Shown in pieces: positions 25,656-35,907 of a DNA stretch of 64,000 bases (the stretch's first letter is position 1; every line of letters starts with the position of its first letter). This DNA comes from a virus: positions 1 to 64,000 of IMG/VR virus record IMGVR_UViG_3300042542_004122. One strand, 5' to 3'. The notes under the pieces were generated by a model, which searched no databases, was not told the DNA's origin, and saw only the letters and a list, made by a program, of their open reading frames with translations. Position numbers and translations under genes: made by a program.

Positions 25656-25732
25656 TGGAGTACCTAGTAGGACTTAAACCCACAACCTCTCAGTTCGTAG
25701 CCGAGTGCTCTGTTCAATTGAGCTATAGGTAC
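25656..25732 (-). tRNA. tRNA-Arg(ACG)
   Basis: Loop CTACGAA. Confidence 0.88.
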
Positions 25733-25738
25733 AAGAAA

Positions 25739-25815
25739 TGGTAGACCTCTTCGGACTTGAACCGAAAACCCTCAGTTTAAGAGACTGATGCTCTAACCAA
25801 TTGAGCTAGAGGTCC
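25739..25815 (-). tRNA. tRNA-Lys(CTT)
   Basis: TCAGT-CTCTTAA-ACTGA. Confidence 0.9.
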
Positions 25816-25818
25816 ATA

Positions 25819-25907
25819 TGGCGGAGAGCCGGAAGTACGATTTCCATCCCTTTGCAGGCACCCTCAGTTTAGCAAACTGTGCTAGCTCCCCGCTAGTTGG
25901 CCTCTCC
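25819..25907 (-). tRNA. tRNA-Ser(GCT), atypical D and T loops
   Basis: Loop TTGCTAA, long variable arm, G73, CCA. Confidence 0.75.
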
Positions 25908-26102
25908 AGAAATTTGTTTATAATGATGTAAACAGTATTTACGATGCTTATAGTGAATATGAGCATCATCAAAACAGTTATGAAAAGCACAAAGCTCTAG
26001 CTTGTTTTTAAACACAGCTAGAGCGTGCCCAGCGGCGTCAGCGTCTAGTTGGGTCATCCAATCTACAAACGCGCGGCGAGCATCCTGCAATTCATCATTC
26101 AT
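25893..26102 (-). CDS. small Cys/His-rich hypothetical protein
   Basis: ORF track, follows a promoter; its end overlaps the tRNA-Ser 5' end. Confidence 0.5.
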   Translation of the reverse strand: MNDELQDARRAFVDWMTQLDADAAGHALAVFKNKLELCAFHNCFDDAHIHYKHRKYCLHHYKQISGEAN

Positions 26103-26151
26103 ATAGATATCTTACTACAGAAATAAGTATTAAGCAAGATAAAAATGAAAT

Positions 26152-26241
26152 TGGCGGAGTGATGGCGGAATCGAACCCCTGGCCCGTAGGCTCCAACCGC
26201 TTTCAAGGCGGTGCTAGTATCCCCGACTAGACATGCACTCC
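26152..26241 (-). tRNA. tRNA-Ser(TGA), atypical D arm
   Basis: ACCGC-CTTGAAA-GCGGT, long variable arm. Confidence 0.8.
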
Positions 26242-26374
26242 AAATTCTTTGTAGTTAACCCATTTGAGATATAGGTGATGGCACACGGGACATTCTGTTG
26301 GTCCCGCATAATCTTGCCACTCTGTGGCACAACGCATACATCTAAAATGGGCTATTTGGCGATTCATTGTAAAT

Positions 26375-26458
26375 TGGTGCGACTAGAGGGATTTGCACCC
26401 CCACCTCTCTCGAGACTAGTTCCTAAGACTAGCGCGTCTGCTGTTTCGCCATAGTCGC
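26375..26458 (-). tRNA. tRNA-Leu(TAG)
   Basis: CTAGT-CTTAGGA-ACTAG. Confidence 0.9.
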
Positions 26459-26464
26459 ATTATC

Positions 26465-26539
26465 TGGTGCCCACAGAGAGGATTGAACTCCCGACCTTCG
26501 GTTTACAAAACCGCTGCACTACCGCTGTGCTATATGGGC
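26465..26539 (-). tRNA. tRNA-Thr(TGT)
   Basis: Loop TTTGTAA. Confidence 0.9.
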
Positions 26540-26594
26540 TCGTTTAATTGTTTTTAGATTATAAGATATTTTTTAGCAAATACCAATAAAAAAA

Positions 26595-27119
26595 TTAATG
26601 TTCCCACTCATACCAGGCAACTGATAGAGCTACAGTCGCAGTAGCTCCGGAGTGTTCAACACTTACCATATAATTAGAGTTAGGAGCTAAGATATATTCA
26701 GGAACTCCGTCATTTTGAAGATCCCCAGAATCTGCTTTACCGAAATTATAGTGAGTAGTTAGTAGAGTTCCATTAGCACTAGCTACTGCCCCAGAATATG
26801 TAAAAGCGCGATTTGTTGTAATCTCTTCTGGGTGTCTATTAGCACATATTACCGCTGTGCCAGTTCCCTCGGATGTTAAGGTAGGATTTTCAAATATTTT
26901 TAATATTAAAGTTCCACTAGAGTTGTAACTAATAATTTTTCTAAGATGAACCGTAGTAGCATTAGTTCTTATTAATACATTGCTAATTGCAGTTCCTACA
27001 GAACCGTAATCTACGTCTGTAACAAAAGTTTTTCCTTGGTGAACCATTTGGTGCTCAATAGTTCTATAAACCTGAATAGGCTCTAGAGAGCGTTCATAAG
27101 AATTAGTTCTTACCACCAT
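26595..27119 (-). CDS. beta-rich hypothetical protein
   Basis: ORF track, start trimmed to MVVRT. Confidence 0.7.
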   Translation of the reverse strand: MVVRTNSYERSLEPIQVYRTIEHQMVHQGKTFVTDVDYGSVGTAISNVLIRTNATTVHLRKIISYNSSGTLILKIFENPTLTSEGTGTAVICANRHPEEITTNRAFTYSGAVASANGTLLTTHYNFGKADSGDLQNDGVPEYILAPNSNYMVSVEHSGATATVALSVAWYEWEH

Positions 27120-27282
27120 CTTTTTTTCTCCATAACAGCTCAAGCATTATTTCTAGCTTTTGCTGTTCGCTATACTGAGTCCAATTTTGTATCTCAGTTA
27201 TAGTTCTACGACATCCTACGCATGTATTAGTTTTATAAGAGATCTTACAAACCTTAATGCAAGGTGTTAGTATTTTTTTCAT
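27103..27282 (-). CDS. DUF1289-like Cys-rich protein
   Basis: Manual ORF: TPCIKVC...CVGCRRTITEIQNW. Confidence 0.8.
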   Translation of the reverse strand: MKKILTPCIKVCKISYKTNTCVGCRRTITEIQNWTQYSEQQKLEIMLELLWRKKDGGKN

Positions 27283-27517
27283 TACGATTCATAACTTGCT
27301 TAACTCCGTTAATAAACTCTTCAGCCCAACGATTTCTAAAATCTTTCGGACCGCTATTTATAATACTAGAGCAACAAGCTATGTGTGCAGCTAATAAGGC
27401 AGCAACTATGTAGTGAGAATCCTCTAAAGATTCAGAGGCGACCCTTGTTGCGGCCGCCTCTGTCATGCTTTGATATAGATCATCTCTTAGTTTTAAGAAC
27501 TTATCAAAGTTTTCCAT
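27254..27517 (-). CDS. hypothetical protein
   Basis: ORF track. Confidence 0.65.
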   Translation of the reverse strand: MENFDKFLKLRDDLYQSMTEAAATRVASESLEDSHYIVAALLAAHIACCSSIINSGPKDFRNRWAEEFINGVKQVMNRNEKNTNTLH

Positions 27518-27953
27518 CTTTTAACAATTCACCCATCCTACCACGTTTCATGGCTTCCTGCACTCTTTTAAATTCAGATAGACGAGGATTCCACTTATTA
27601 AGTAGTAAGTCAATTTTATCAGTTTTTACAGCTTGAATAGCAGCTGCTCTTTGTAGACCAGCTTCTCCATACTGATTAAGTAATTGGGCTGCTCTAGACT
27701 CTACGTCGTTATCTTTAAGATATTTGTCGCGTAATACTTTTTCTTGAGCATTTTGTGGTCTATCAATGATCCTAGTTCTCCAGCGAAGACTTTGAAAAAG
27801 AGAATCAAGTCTATCATACTCTGACCTATCTTTTCTAGCAAGTAGTTTATACTTCCTAGAAACAGGTCGCGCACTAACTTTAGGACCAGTCTTCTTAGTA
27901 GATACTGCTTGTGTCTGTTTTTGATTTTTATTTTTTGCCATGTATAACTCCAA
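27504..27953 (-). CDS. basic hypothetical protein
   Basis: ORF track. Confidence 0.7.
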   Translation of the reverse strand: MELYMAKNKNQKQTQAVSTKKTGPKVSARPVSRKYKLLARKDRSEYDRLDSLFQSLRWRTRIIDRPQNAQEKVLRDKYLKDNDVESRAAQLLNQYGEAGLQRAAAIQAVKTDKIDLLLNKWNPRLSEFKRVQEAMKRGRMGELLKDGKL

Positions 27954-28182
27954 TAGTAGCTATACTATCAAATAAGACAGATACAAGCAAGTATTATTAT
28001 AGTTATTTTTGTTGTAATGCTCTAAGACTTTCAGTTGAAGTAACTGATATGAGTGTAGTATCTGTTTCATATAAGGCGTGACATTTAAAACAAGATATTA
28101 ACTCAGCAGACTCATCAGAACGTTTCCAATCTATGTTCTCATTACCACATTTAATACAGAAAGTCTTAAAGATACAAATCAC

Positions 28183-28473
28183 TCAGTCTTCTTTAGCTAT
28201 CTTAGCAGTTTTTTCTTGAGTGCGACCAAAGGCTGAGATACCTAATACTGCGCCCATAGCTAGGTGAAATAGTCCACCTTCTGCTAGAGTTAAACTTTTC
28301 CACACTGTGTGCGGTATTTTAGTTACAGCAGATAAAATACCAAAAAATACAGGAGCTAACATAAAATCAAATAAACATATTGCCATGTAACTCCAACCCA
28401 TGGCCGGTCTCCAGTATTTTTGAACCCAACTCTCAGGTGGTTTTACCTCTTTAGGTTCTGTATCATCGCTCAT
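28183..28473 (-). CDS. holin-like membrane protein
   Basis: WRPAMGW, TM segments, GRTQEK tail; end of the lysis cassette. Confidence 0.7.
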   Translation of the reverse strand: MSDDTEPKEVKPPESWVQKYWRPAMGWSYMAICLFDFMLAPVFFGILSAVTKIPHTVWKSLTLAEGGLFHLAMGAVLGISAFGRTQEKTAKIAKED

Positions 28474-28482
28474 CTCTTTCCT

Positions 28483-28734
28483 TTAAGAAGCTGCCTGAGC
28501 TATTGCTATTAAGGCTTTTACTGCTTCTTCAATTTTTGCTTGAGTCTCTAACTCATCTGCAAATTTAGCTAAGTTTTTTTGAGAGATTAAGTCTCTTAAT
28601 AGTTCTTCATGTTCTTCTTTAGAAATTAATCCTTCTTCAAACTCTCTATGATATTTAATAGCTTTATTAGCACAACTAATAACGGCAAAATCTGTGTGCC
28701 TAGATAGATTAGTTAATTCGGATATTGGGTTCAT
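28483..28734 (-). CDS. hypothetical protein
   Basis: ORF track. Confidence 0.65.
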   Translation of the reverse strand: MNPISELTNLSRHTDFAVISCANKAIKYHREFEEGLISKEEHEELLRDLISQKNLAKFADELETQAKIEEAVKALIAIAQAAS

Positions 28735-29120
28735 CTAGATCTCCTATTCATACTTTGTTGCATTGTTTCTGTAGATTCCATGATGGTTTCCAGTTTTTCT
28801 TCGCAATAAGTTTTAGATACTCTAGATACAGTAAGATATCTATTATGCATAGGTTCTACTATATTAAAAAGTTCTTTGCTCATATTATATGTAGGGTTGT
28901 TATTAGGTAGATGTTCAGAATAGTGAACTAAAGTGAGACTAAGTTCTGTCATCTGTTGAGTTTTATCTCTCATATACGACATATCGTCACAATGTTTACG
29001 AGAAAGCTGACTGATAGTTCTAATTTGAGTTACATATGAATATTCAACAGAATCAAATTTAGCAGTAAATATACAACTACTGAGAAGGAGTGTTAGAGGT
29101 ATCAGACTTAATTTCTTCAT
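28731..29120 (-). CDS. lipoprotein
   Basis: MKK...LLSSC lipobox. Confidence 0.7.
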   Translation of the reverse strand: MKKLSLIPLTLLLSSCIFTAKFDSVEYSYVTQIRTISQLSRKHCDDMSYMRDKTQQMTELSLTLVHYSEHLPNNNPTYNMSKELFNIVEPMHNRYLTVSRVSKTYCEEKLETIMESTETMQQSMNRRSR

Positions 29121-29484
29121 TAGAAGTAACCTTCCTATAATATACAATTATTTCTTTCTGTTGATTGATGTAACGTCGTATCTCTTCTAAATTTAAAGCC
29201 ATAGTTTCATAGTCTTTAACGCTAAAAGCTATAAATACAAAGTCATCACCGTATTTTTTCTTCCATTGTTTTAAGAAGTCATCTATATTTTCACTAGTAA
29301 CTACTTTGAATTCTACATCTTCTAATTTTACAGCTCTAACAGCAGCCGGCTGCATTACAGGAACTTTAACAGGTTCCGCAGATATCTCTATCTTTTTTTC
29401 TCTAGAAAAACAGCCAGATAATAAAACAAGGCTACTTACTAGTAGTATCTTGTTCAATCTGCCTAAAGGTTCTCTTAGTTCCAT
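29077..29484 (-). CDS. o-spanin-like lipoprotein
   Basis: LLSGC lipobox, overlaps the i-spanin, downstream of the endolysin. Confidence 0.7.
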   Translation of the reverse strand: MELREPLGRLNKILLVSSLVLLSGCFSREKKIEISAEPVKVPVMQPAAVRAVKLEDVEFKVVTSENIDDFLKQWKKKYGDDFVFIAFSVKDYETMALNLEEIRRYINQQKEIIVYYRKVTSNEEIKSDTSNTPSQ

Positions 29485-29812
29485 TATTAATCTTTTTTTC
29501 TGCTTCAGAAGGTCTATCTTTCAAAATCTTTTCTAGATTGTGTTTTTTTAAAAGATTAGACAACTTAGCTTTATCTTCTTCTACCTTAGATAGATTAGAT
29601 TGTAATTCATTAGCAAGTTTTGCTTGTCTAGCAAAATCTTCTTTCATAGCTTCTATAGTTTTCTTCTGTATCTCTACAGCTACTTCTAATTTAGCTACGT
29701 TCTCTTGTAAAATTTGAATAGTATTTTGACTATCTACATAGTAAATATAAAAGGCACTAGATACGGTAACAAGAGCTATTGCTAAACCTAGCGATATTTT
29801 TCCGCCTATCAT
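29432..29812 (-). CDS. i-spanin-like protein
   Basis: N-terminal TM plus coiled coil, after the endolysin. Confidence 0.7.
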   Translation of the reverse strand: MIGGKISLGLAIALVTVSSAFYIYYVDSQNTIQILQENVAKLEVAVEIQKKTIEAMKEDFARQAKLANELQSNLSKVEEDKAKLSNLLKKHNLEKILKDRPSEAEKKINNGTKRTFRQIEQDTTSK

Positions 29813-30276
29813 TATGCAATTAATCCTGGTTTATATACTGTCTTTCCATTTTCTTTCATAGCGGTCATAACTTTCTTCTGATTATCACCTTCTACATAAG
29901 ATACATGGACCCAGCCACTATCTGGTATTCCTGGGGTATAGAATTCTAAAATTAACTGTCTAAATTCTAGGTTATTTCTAATCCATTCTGCTAATTCTGC
30001 ATTAGCTATTCCGGGTATTTCAATGTCGGCAGCTTGGCCTTGGCAGTGATCTGAGGTCTTTGATCCGCCTACAGCCGCGTTAACTTCTGGATGGCGAAAC
30101 CCAGAGTTAACTTTTACACCCTTGCCAAAAGCATCCCTGATAGGCTGAAGAACATTTTCACAAAGAGCCTTTAGGTTTTCAATCTCTCTTTCTCCAGGGG
30201 TATTATCAAGTCCGTGTCTAAGGGCTGTTTCGCTCTTAACCATTTCTGATAGAGAAAAGTTTTTTGTAAGCTGCAT
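29812..30276 (-). CDS. endolysin, peptidase M15A family
   Basis: NSGFR, SDHCQGQAAD, WVHVS. Confidence 0.9.
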   Translation of the reverse strand: MQLTKNFSLSEMVKSETALRHGLDNTPGEREIENLKALCENVLQPIRDAFGKGVKVNSGFRHPEVNAAVGGSKTSDHCQGQAADIEIPGIANAELAEWIRNNLEFRQLILEFYTPGIPDSGWVHVSYVEGDNQKKVMTAMKENGKTVYKPGLIA

Positions 30277-30453
30277 ATGAACTCCTTTTTAATTATTGGT
30301 AGTTTATCAAAACTTTTTTTACTAGTCAAACCAAAATCTTCCAAGTTACCTATGCAACATTAATTTTTTAGATTTACATAAGCACAGAAAAGTATTCTTT
30401 TACTATTTGTGGTATTTTTAAAAAAGTGTATAATATCTATAAAGGAGCACGTC

Positions 30454-30738
30454 ATGGAAGCAGAATTCTTTAAACTGGTTGCAGAGGTAGGATTTCCTAT
30501 AGCATCATCTATAGCTGGTGGTTACTTTGTATTTCTTACTCTCAAATTCATTCTCGCAGGGGTTCAAAGCTCTGTAAAAGGTTTAAGTGGAATTATTGTT
30601 GCACTTGATAACAGAGTTAAAACAATGAACCACGATATTATCAGAATTGATGCACTAATATCTACAGCTCTAGGAGTAAAACCAGATACAGATAGAATTG
30701 CAAGAGCGGACGGTAAAAACGACGCTAGAAAGGACTAA
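30454..30738 (+). CDS. small membrane/coiled-coil protein A
   Basis: AGGAG SD; GFPIA, TM segment, LDNRV..MNHDIIRI. Confidence 0.75.
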   Translation: MEAEFFKLVAEVGFPIASSIAGGYFVFLTLKFILAGVQSSVKGLSGIIVALDNRVKTMNHDIIRIDALISTALGVKPDTDRIARADGKNDARKD

Positions 30739-30924
30739 GGTGTTTTACTTAGGTTATAATATACAAATATCAAATAGCTCTCTAGTATTAGACGAAGAGT
30801 TAGTTTTAATGCCCAATCAAAATAATAGTAGGATACAACAAACTTTACCTTGGAAAGAAGGTGATAAATTTGAATTAACAGTAATTCAGGGTAATACTGT
30901 ATTTAAAAAAGTGAAGGATTAACT

Positions 30925-31167
30925 ATGGATATGGTTCAACTTATTAATAAATATGGATTTCCCATTGTTGCTGCAGGCGGTATGGGTTACCTTATTTTTT
31001 ACGTTTGGAAATGGGCAACGGCAGAAATTAAACCTGTTCTATCAGAAGCTAATACTGTATTGATAGCATTAATAGATCGTGTCAGAATGTTAGATAACGA
31101 TTTAATAAGACTTAATCAAAAGATTAACATAGTATTAATGCTAAAGGAAAGGAATGAAAAGCCGTAA
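30925..31167 (+). CDS. small membrane/coiled-coil protein B (paralog of A)
   Basis: GFPIV, TM segment, LIDRV..LDNDLIRL. Confidence 0.75.
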   Translation: MDMVQLINKYGFPIVAAGGMGYLIFYVWKWATAEIKPVLSEANTVLIALIDRVRMLDNDLIRLNQKINIVLMLKERNEKP

Positions 31168-33046
31168 ATTATTTAAATTATTAACAACTGCAAGCTTATT
31201 AATATCAGCAATCGCTTTTTCACAAACTCTTCCTTCAGGATATGTTGGAACAGTTACTAACAATACGCCAAATACCTGGGAAACCTATTCATATTCTTTT
31301 ACACCAAATATCTCAGGAACAAACTATGTCGGTTTTGCGTTCAGACAAGATCCTGCATTCTGGACATTCGACAACGTGTCGTTAACAGAATCAGGATCTA
31401 CCGTAAATCTATTGACAAACGGAGCATTCACAACTGGTGGTGCAATCAACATCACCACAAGTAATGGACCAGGAACAATTCAAGCACCAACAAATTGGGG
31501 TGTGTGGTATCAAAACGGCACGTATCCAGCAGCTGCTGGCACTTGGAACGACATCGGAGGATCTCACGGCGGTGTTTGGTATGATGGAGCCGTCGGAACA
31601 TTTGACGGTATCTATCAAGGAATTAGCCTACTAGCAGGCACAACATATACGATTACATTTGAAGTGTCTGGTAATCATGTAAGCAATGGTAGTTCTGTAC
31701 AGCTTGGCATTTATGCTGGTCCATGTGCTGACACAACGATTGCTGTTGCGTCATGTACAATACCAAGCTCAGCTGGATTCACAACATTAGCAACACCAGC
31801 AGAAGGTGCATCTGCAGGCAATCCTACACCAACTATTGTAAGTCAAGTTGCTGGAACACCAATCGTTTCAGAATCATCAAGCCGCGGCACTACGACAACT
31901 ACTGTGTCAAACACAAGAGGAACAACAGCTTATGTTCCTACAACTACATTCACAGGCACAAGACAAGACCCAACGCTCACGGTAAATCGCAACATCACTA
32001 CAGTTGCAACAACACCGATCACCACAGTAACAACGCACACAACACCTATCACAGTAGTAACAAGCACAACACCAACTACAATTCAAACATGGAGTGACGG
32101 ATCTATTACGACTGTAAACGGAACAGCAACGACCTCAACGACAGTTGTCAATGAAATATTAACCGGGACTTCTGTGGCTAATGAAGTAGTCACCACACAA
32201 GATAATCAACTTTTCACTACTAGAATTGATCAGTTAGCAAAACTTGACAAAATTAGCACTCTTCAAAATGAAAATTCACTAGCTGATCCATTGGCAAGAA
32301 ATAAAGTATTTGGTAATAAGATCATAACAAGGGGTCCTGTAAACAAGGATTCTCAAGCTTATATTACAGGATACTCTCTTCGTTCTGGCACCAAAGACAC
32401 ATATAGCTACACGACAAATGTTTTTGGTATTGGGTATGAACAAAAACATAATGATTCATTATTATTTGGCATTCAATTAAATGGTGCGGTTACAGATCTA
32501 AGCGGTGATGCGTCTTCTGGAGAACTAAAGAAGTATTCATTTGACATATTTGCTTTAAAAGTAGAAGATGATTGGATACTAAAAACAAATTTTGGTGTAG
32601 CATACAATGAGTTTGAAACATCACATTTCATGCGCGGTCTAAACTTACTGAACACAGCTTCTACAAAAGGCTATGATACTTGGTTTGTAAATAGACTTTA
32701 TACGCCAGATAACTACGGATTTAGACCATTTGCAGGTTTAAAGTTTGAATACGATTATAGAGACAGTGTATTTGAAACTGGCCCAAATCTTACGGCAGTA
32801 AGACATGCTGGTAGAAGTGACTTTGAAGTTACTGGTCACGGCGGTATTAGATTTGAACAAGACATCATTCAAGATATGACTGGTGTTATAGAGGGCATGA
32901 TTGAAACCAGTAAAGCAAAATCAGCTTTTGCTGGATTCTCTTATGCTATAGACGAAAATTCTTCTATTAAGCTAAAGTATGCAATACAAGAGAAAGAAGA
33001 TGTGGTAAATAACATTATTGGAGCACAGATAAGAATAATGTTCTAA
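31154..33046 (+). CDS. autotransporter-like outer-membrane protein
   Basis: Signal peptide, lectin-like domain, Thr-rich stalk, C-terminal barrel ending in Phe. Confidence 0.75.
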   Translation: MKSRKLFKLLTTASLLISAIAFSQTLPSGYVGTVTNNTPNTWETYSYSFTPNISGTNYVGFAFRQDPAFWTFDNVSLTESGSTVNLLTNGAFTTGGAINITTSNGPGTIQAPTNWGVWYQNGTYPAAAGTWNDIGGSHGGVWYDGAVGTFDGIYQGISLLAGTTYTITFEVSGNHVSNGSSVQLGIYAGPCADTTIAVASCTIPSSAGFTTLATPAEGASAGNPTPTIVSQVAGTPIVSESSSRGTTTTTVSNTRGTTAYVPTTTFTGTRQDPTLTVNRNITTVATTPITTVTTHTTPITVVTSTTPTTIQTWSDGSITTVNGTATTSTTVVNEILTGTSVANEVVTTQDNQLFTTRIDQLAKLDKISTLQNENSLADPLARNKVFGNKIITRGPVNKDSQAYITGYSLRSGTKDTYSYTTNVFGIGYEQKHNDSLLFGIQLNGAVTDLSGDASSGELKKYSFDIFALKVEDDWILKTNFGVAYNEFETSHFMRGLNLLNTASTKGYDTWFVNRLYTPDNYGFRPFAGLKFEYDYRDSVFETGPNLTAVRHAGRSDFEVTGHGGIRFEQDIIQDMTGVIEGMIETSKAKSAFAGFSYAIDENSSIKLKYAIQEKEDVVNNIIGAQIRIMF

Positions 33047-33061
33047 TTAGAAAGGTATTTA

Positions 33062-33502
33062 GTGATAAATAAAAATGTATTTTTATTCGTTATATTAATG
33101 CTGAGTTACTCCGCTAAAGCTAGTGAATTAAATTTTAAATTTAAAAATCCGGCTTTTAGCGGAGTTAACTATTCTAGCCACGTATTTGCAATTGAACAAC
33201 TGGAAGAGCAAAGAAAACAAAAAATAAAAGATGAACAAGAAAAAATTAGAAAAGAGTTAGAAAGTAAACTTGAACAGAGTAATCTTCAGAAGTTTTTAAG
33301 AAATGTTGAAGCTAGAATATACGCTCAAATATCTAAAGATGTTGTCGATAAGATGTTCGACGGCACCGGATCGTCATCGGGAACCGTTGTAATAGGAGGA
33401 GCTAGCGTAAGTTTTAACAATGACGGCTCTAACATTACATTAAATGTAGTAGACGATAAAGGTAATACTACTGTTATAACTATACCTCTAGGGGCTTTTT
33501 AA
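33062..33502 (+). CDS. csgF: curli assembly protein CsgF-like
   Basis: Signal peptide, then SELNFKFKNPAFSG; TTVITIP C-terminus. Confidence 0.85.
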   Translation: MINKNVFLFVILMLSYSAKASELNFKFKNPAFSGVNYSSHVFAIEQLEEQRKQKIKDEQEKIRKELESKLEQSNLQKFLRNVEARIYAQISKDVVDKMFDGTGSSSGTVVIGGASVSFNNDGSNITLNVVDDKGNTTVITIPLGAF

Positions 33503-34275
33503 TGAAAAAGATTTGCTTAGTAGGTTTTTTATTGTTAACAGCATGTATACCTCCTAATGTAGAAGAGCCTATATCAATAAATGAATCTGTAGTTAAAAAA
33601 CTAACTATAGTTAATAGTCCTTTATCTACAGAAGCTCCTTTTTATATAGCAGTATATCAATTTTCAGATAAAACAGGACAGAGACGTCCAAGCGAAGTAG
33701 TAGCTCATCTAAGTAGTGCTGTTACGCAGGGAGCCGAAACTTGGCTTATAAAAGCACTTCAAGATGCTGGTAACGGTAGCTGGTTTAAAGTTGTAGAAAG
33801 AGTAGGGTTAGAAAACCTAACTAGAGAAAGACAATTAATCAGGCAAACCAGAGAACAATACGAAGGTAAGGATGCTAAGCCACTAAGACCTTTAGTATTC
33901 GCATCTCTTATATTAGAAGGTGGAATTATAGGATATGACGTAAATACGATAAGCGGTGGAATAGGAGCGAGATATTTAGGTATAGGTTCTTCAACACAAT
34001 ATAGACAGGATCAAGTAACTATAGTAATGAGACTAATTAGTGTTCAAACAGGAGAAGTGCTGCTTAACGTAGCTACAAGTAAAACCATACTTAGCTCTGC
34101 TGTAGGTATAGATGTTTTTAAATTTGTAGATGCAGGAACTCGAGCCGTAGAAATAGAAACTGGTTTAGCTACAAATGAGCCTGTAAACTATGCTGTCAGA
34201 GCAGCGATTGAAGCTGGAGTAGTAGAACTAATTCAAGAAGGTGCAAGAAAGGGGCTTTGGAGAATGTCAGAATGA
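33502..34275 (+). CDS. csgG: curli secretion channel CsgG
   Basis: Lipobox LTAC, AVYQFSDKTGQR, SSAVTQG, VVERVGLENLTRERQLIR. Confidence 0.92.
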   Translation: MKKICLVGFLLLTACIPPNVEEPISINESVVKKLTIVNSPLSTEAPFYIAVYQFSDKTGQRRPSEVVAHLSSAVTQGAETWLIKALQDAGNGSWFKVVERVGLENLTRERQLIRQTREQYEGKDAKPLRPLVFASLILEGGIIGYDVNTISGGIGARYLGIGSSTQYRQDQVTIVMRLISVQTGEVLLNVATSKTILSSAVGIDVFKFVDAGTRAVEIETGLATNEPVNYAVRAAIEAGVVELIQEGARKGLWRMSE

Positions 34276-34925
34276 AAAAATTATATACTATTTTAATGAT
34301 CTTATTAAGCACTCATGCTTATGGACAAAGTAACGTTCTATATATAGAACAATCAGGCGCTGGATTCTCAGGTTCTATTACTCAAGATGGAGCAACTAAT
34401 ATAATTGGAACTTCTAGTAGTCCTTCGATAATTAACGGTACTACCAATACTATTAGTGTCAATCAAATTGGAAATAGTAACTCTTTAGATTTTGCAGTTT
34501 ATGGAGATACAAATACGATATCTATTACAAAAACAGGCGATTCCAATTCAGTTACTCTTGAAATAGGCAGTAACGGACAAGATAGTAGCACTAATGAATA
34601 TACCCTAGACATTACTGGTAGTAGTAATACTATAGAATCTACTATAACTGGCGGTATAAATACTGTAGGTATAACAATTTTCGGAGACAGTAATAGTATT
34701 ACTAATACTATATCTAGTGGTAATACAGAACTTACTCTTACCGTAACAGGTAGCACAAATATTATAACAACTAATCAATCAGGAGCTGGAGCACATAGAA
34801 TAATACATGACCATACAGGAGATACTGGAACTTTTAGTTTTAGCCAGAGTGGAACCAATGCAAAAATTATCAATATTATTACTAACGGTAATAATCAGTC
34901 AGTTACTGTATCTCAAACAGACTGA
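34272..34925 (+). CDS. curlin-repeat-like secreted protein
   Basis: Signal peptide, YIEQSG, repeated x-Q/T-G-x-x-N units rich in S/T/N/G. Confidence 0.75.
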   Translation: MKKLYTILMILLSTHAYGQSNVLYIEQSGAGFSGSITQDGATNIIGTSSSPSIINGTTNTISVNQIGNSNSLDFAVYGDTNTISITKTGDSNSVTLEIGSNGQDSSTNEYTLDITGSSNTIESTITGGINTVGITIFGDSNSITNTISSGNTELTLTVTGSTNIITTNQSGAGAHRIIHDHTGDTGTFSFSQSGTNAKIINIITNGNNQSVTVSQTD

Positions 34926-35907
34926 AGCAAGAATAGGAGATGTAACAGAGCTTAACGGACAGGCGTCTGTTACAAGAAATAAAAAAGAACAACCTATAGG
35001 CATTCGAGACGGTATCGAATCTATGGACACTATCTCTACTAAAAATTCAAAGGTTAGGATAGATTTTATTGACAAAACCCACGTTAGTGTAACTGAGCAT
35101 AGTGACTTAGAAATAGATGAGTATGTTTTTGATCCTTCTAGAGATTTAGCAAAATTATCTATGAAAGTATCTTCTGGCACTGTACAATATGCAAGCGGAC
35201 TTTTAGCAAAAAAAGTAGGAGCTGTAGATGTTAGAACTCCTACTGCTTCTATAGCAGTTAGAGGTACAGAATTTTCTATGAGTGTCAATGAGTTAGGTAA
35301 AAGTTTGATTATGCTTTTACCTAACCAAGATGGAAGCACAGGAGAAATTACCGTTAGCACAGACGTTGCAAGCGTTATTCTAAATAGAAGTTATCAAGCT
35401 ACTATAGTGACTAGCAGCTCTAGTCCGCCTTCAAATCCACTTATTCTTAATATGTTAGGCAGAGTAATAAATAATGATTTACTGCTGTCCATGCCGAAAT
35501 CTGTAGAAACAGTTTCTAATGTCGAAAAAGAACAAGGTCCATTGGATTTTGACCTTAAATTTGTAGACGTAAATATGCTGGATAAAGATCCTCTTAAATT
35601 TGAAGAACTGAATGTAGACCTGCTAAAGTCTGATTTTTTCAATACTAGATTAAACAATATAGATTCAATTTTTGATAATTTTAGTGAACGAGATGGTCAA
35701 GTGACTGGATATAATCCAACTACACAAATTAATACAGTAGTAGAAGACACTACCGTATTAACCCAAAGATTAGATATTTCTATATTTTCTGTAAAAGTTA
35801 ATAAAGATTATGGATTAAAAATCGAATACAATGGCGATGGTATCTCTGCTGCGTTTGTAGCTGGAAATATGCAATCCAACAGTATTTTAAAGGTTAAGCA
35901 AAAATGA
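34858..35907 (+). CDS. FecR-domain periplasmic protein
   Basis: Signal peptide MQKLSILL; D.ISTKNS, VRTPTASIAVRGTEF. Confidence 0.85.
   Translation: MQKLSILLLTVIISQLLYLKQTEARIGDVTELNGQASVTRNKKEQPIGIRDGIESMDTISTKNSKVRIDFIDKTHVSVTEHSDLEIDEYVFDPSRDLAKLSMKVSSGTVQYASGLLAKKVGAVDVRTPTASIAVRGTEFSMSVNELGKSLIMLLPNQDGSTGEITVSTDVASVILNRSYQATIVTSSSSPPSNPLILNMLGRVINNDLLLSMPKSVETVSNVEKEQGPLDFDLKFVDVNMLDKDPLKFEELNVDLLKSDFFNTRLNNIDSIFDNFSERDGQVTGYNPTTQINTVVEDTTVLTQRLDISIFSVKVNKDYGLKIEYNGDGISAAFVAGNMQSNSILKVKQK

Noticed and set aside
22819-25990. ORF-track proteins at 22819-23214, 23511-23888, 23904-24179, 24547-24774, 24952-25143, 25250-25438 and 25793-25990
   Set aside because: They overlap tRNA or ncRNA genes and look like shadow ORFs.
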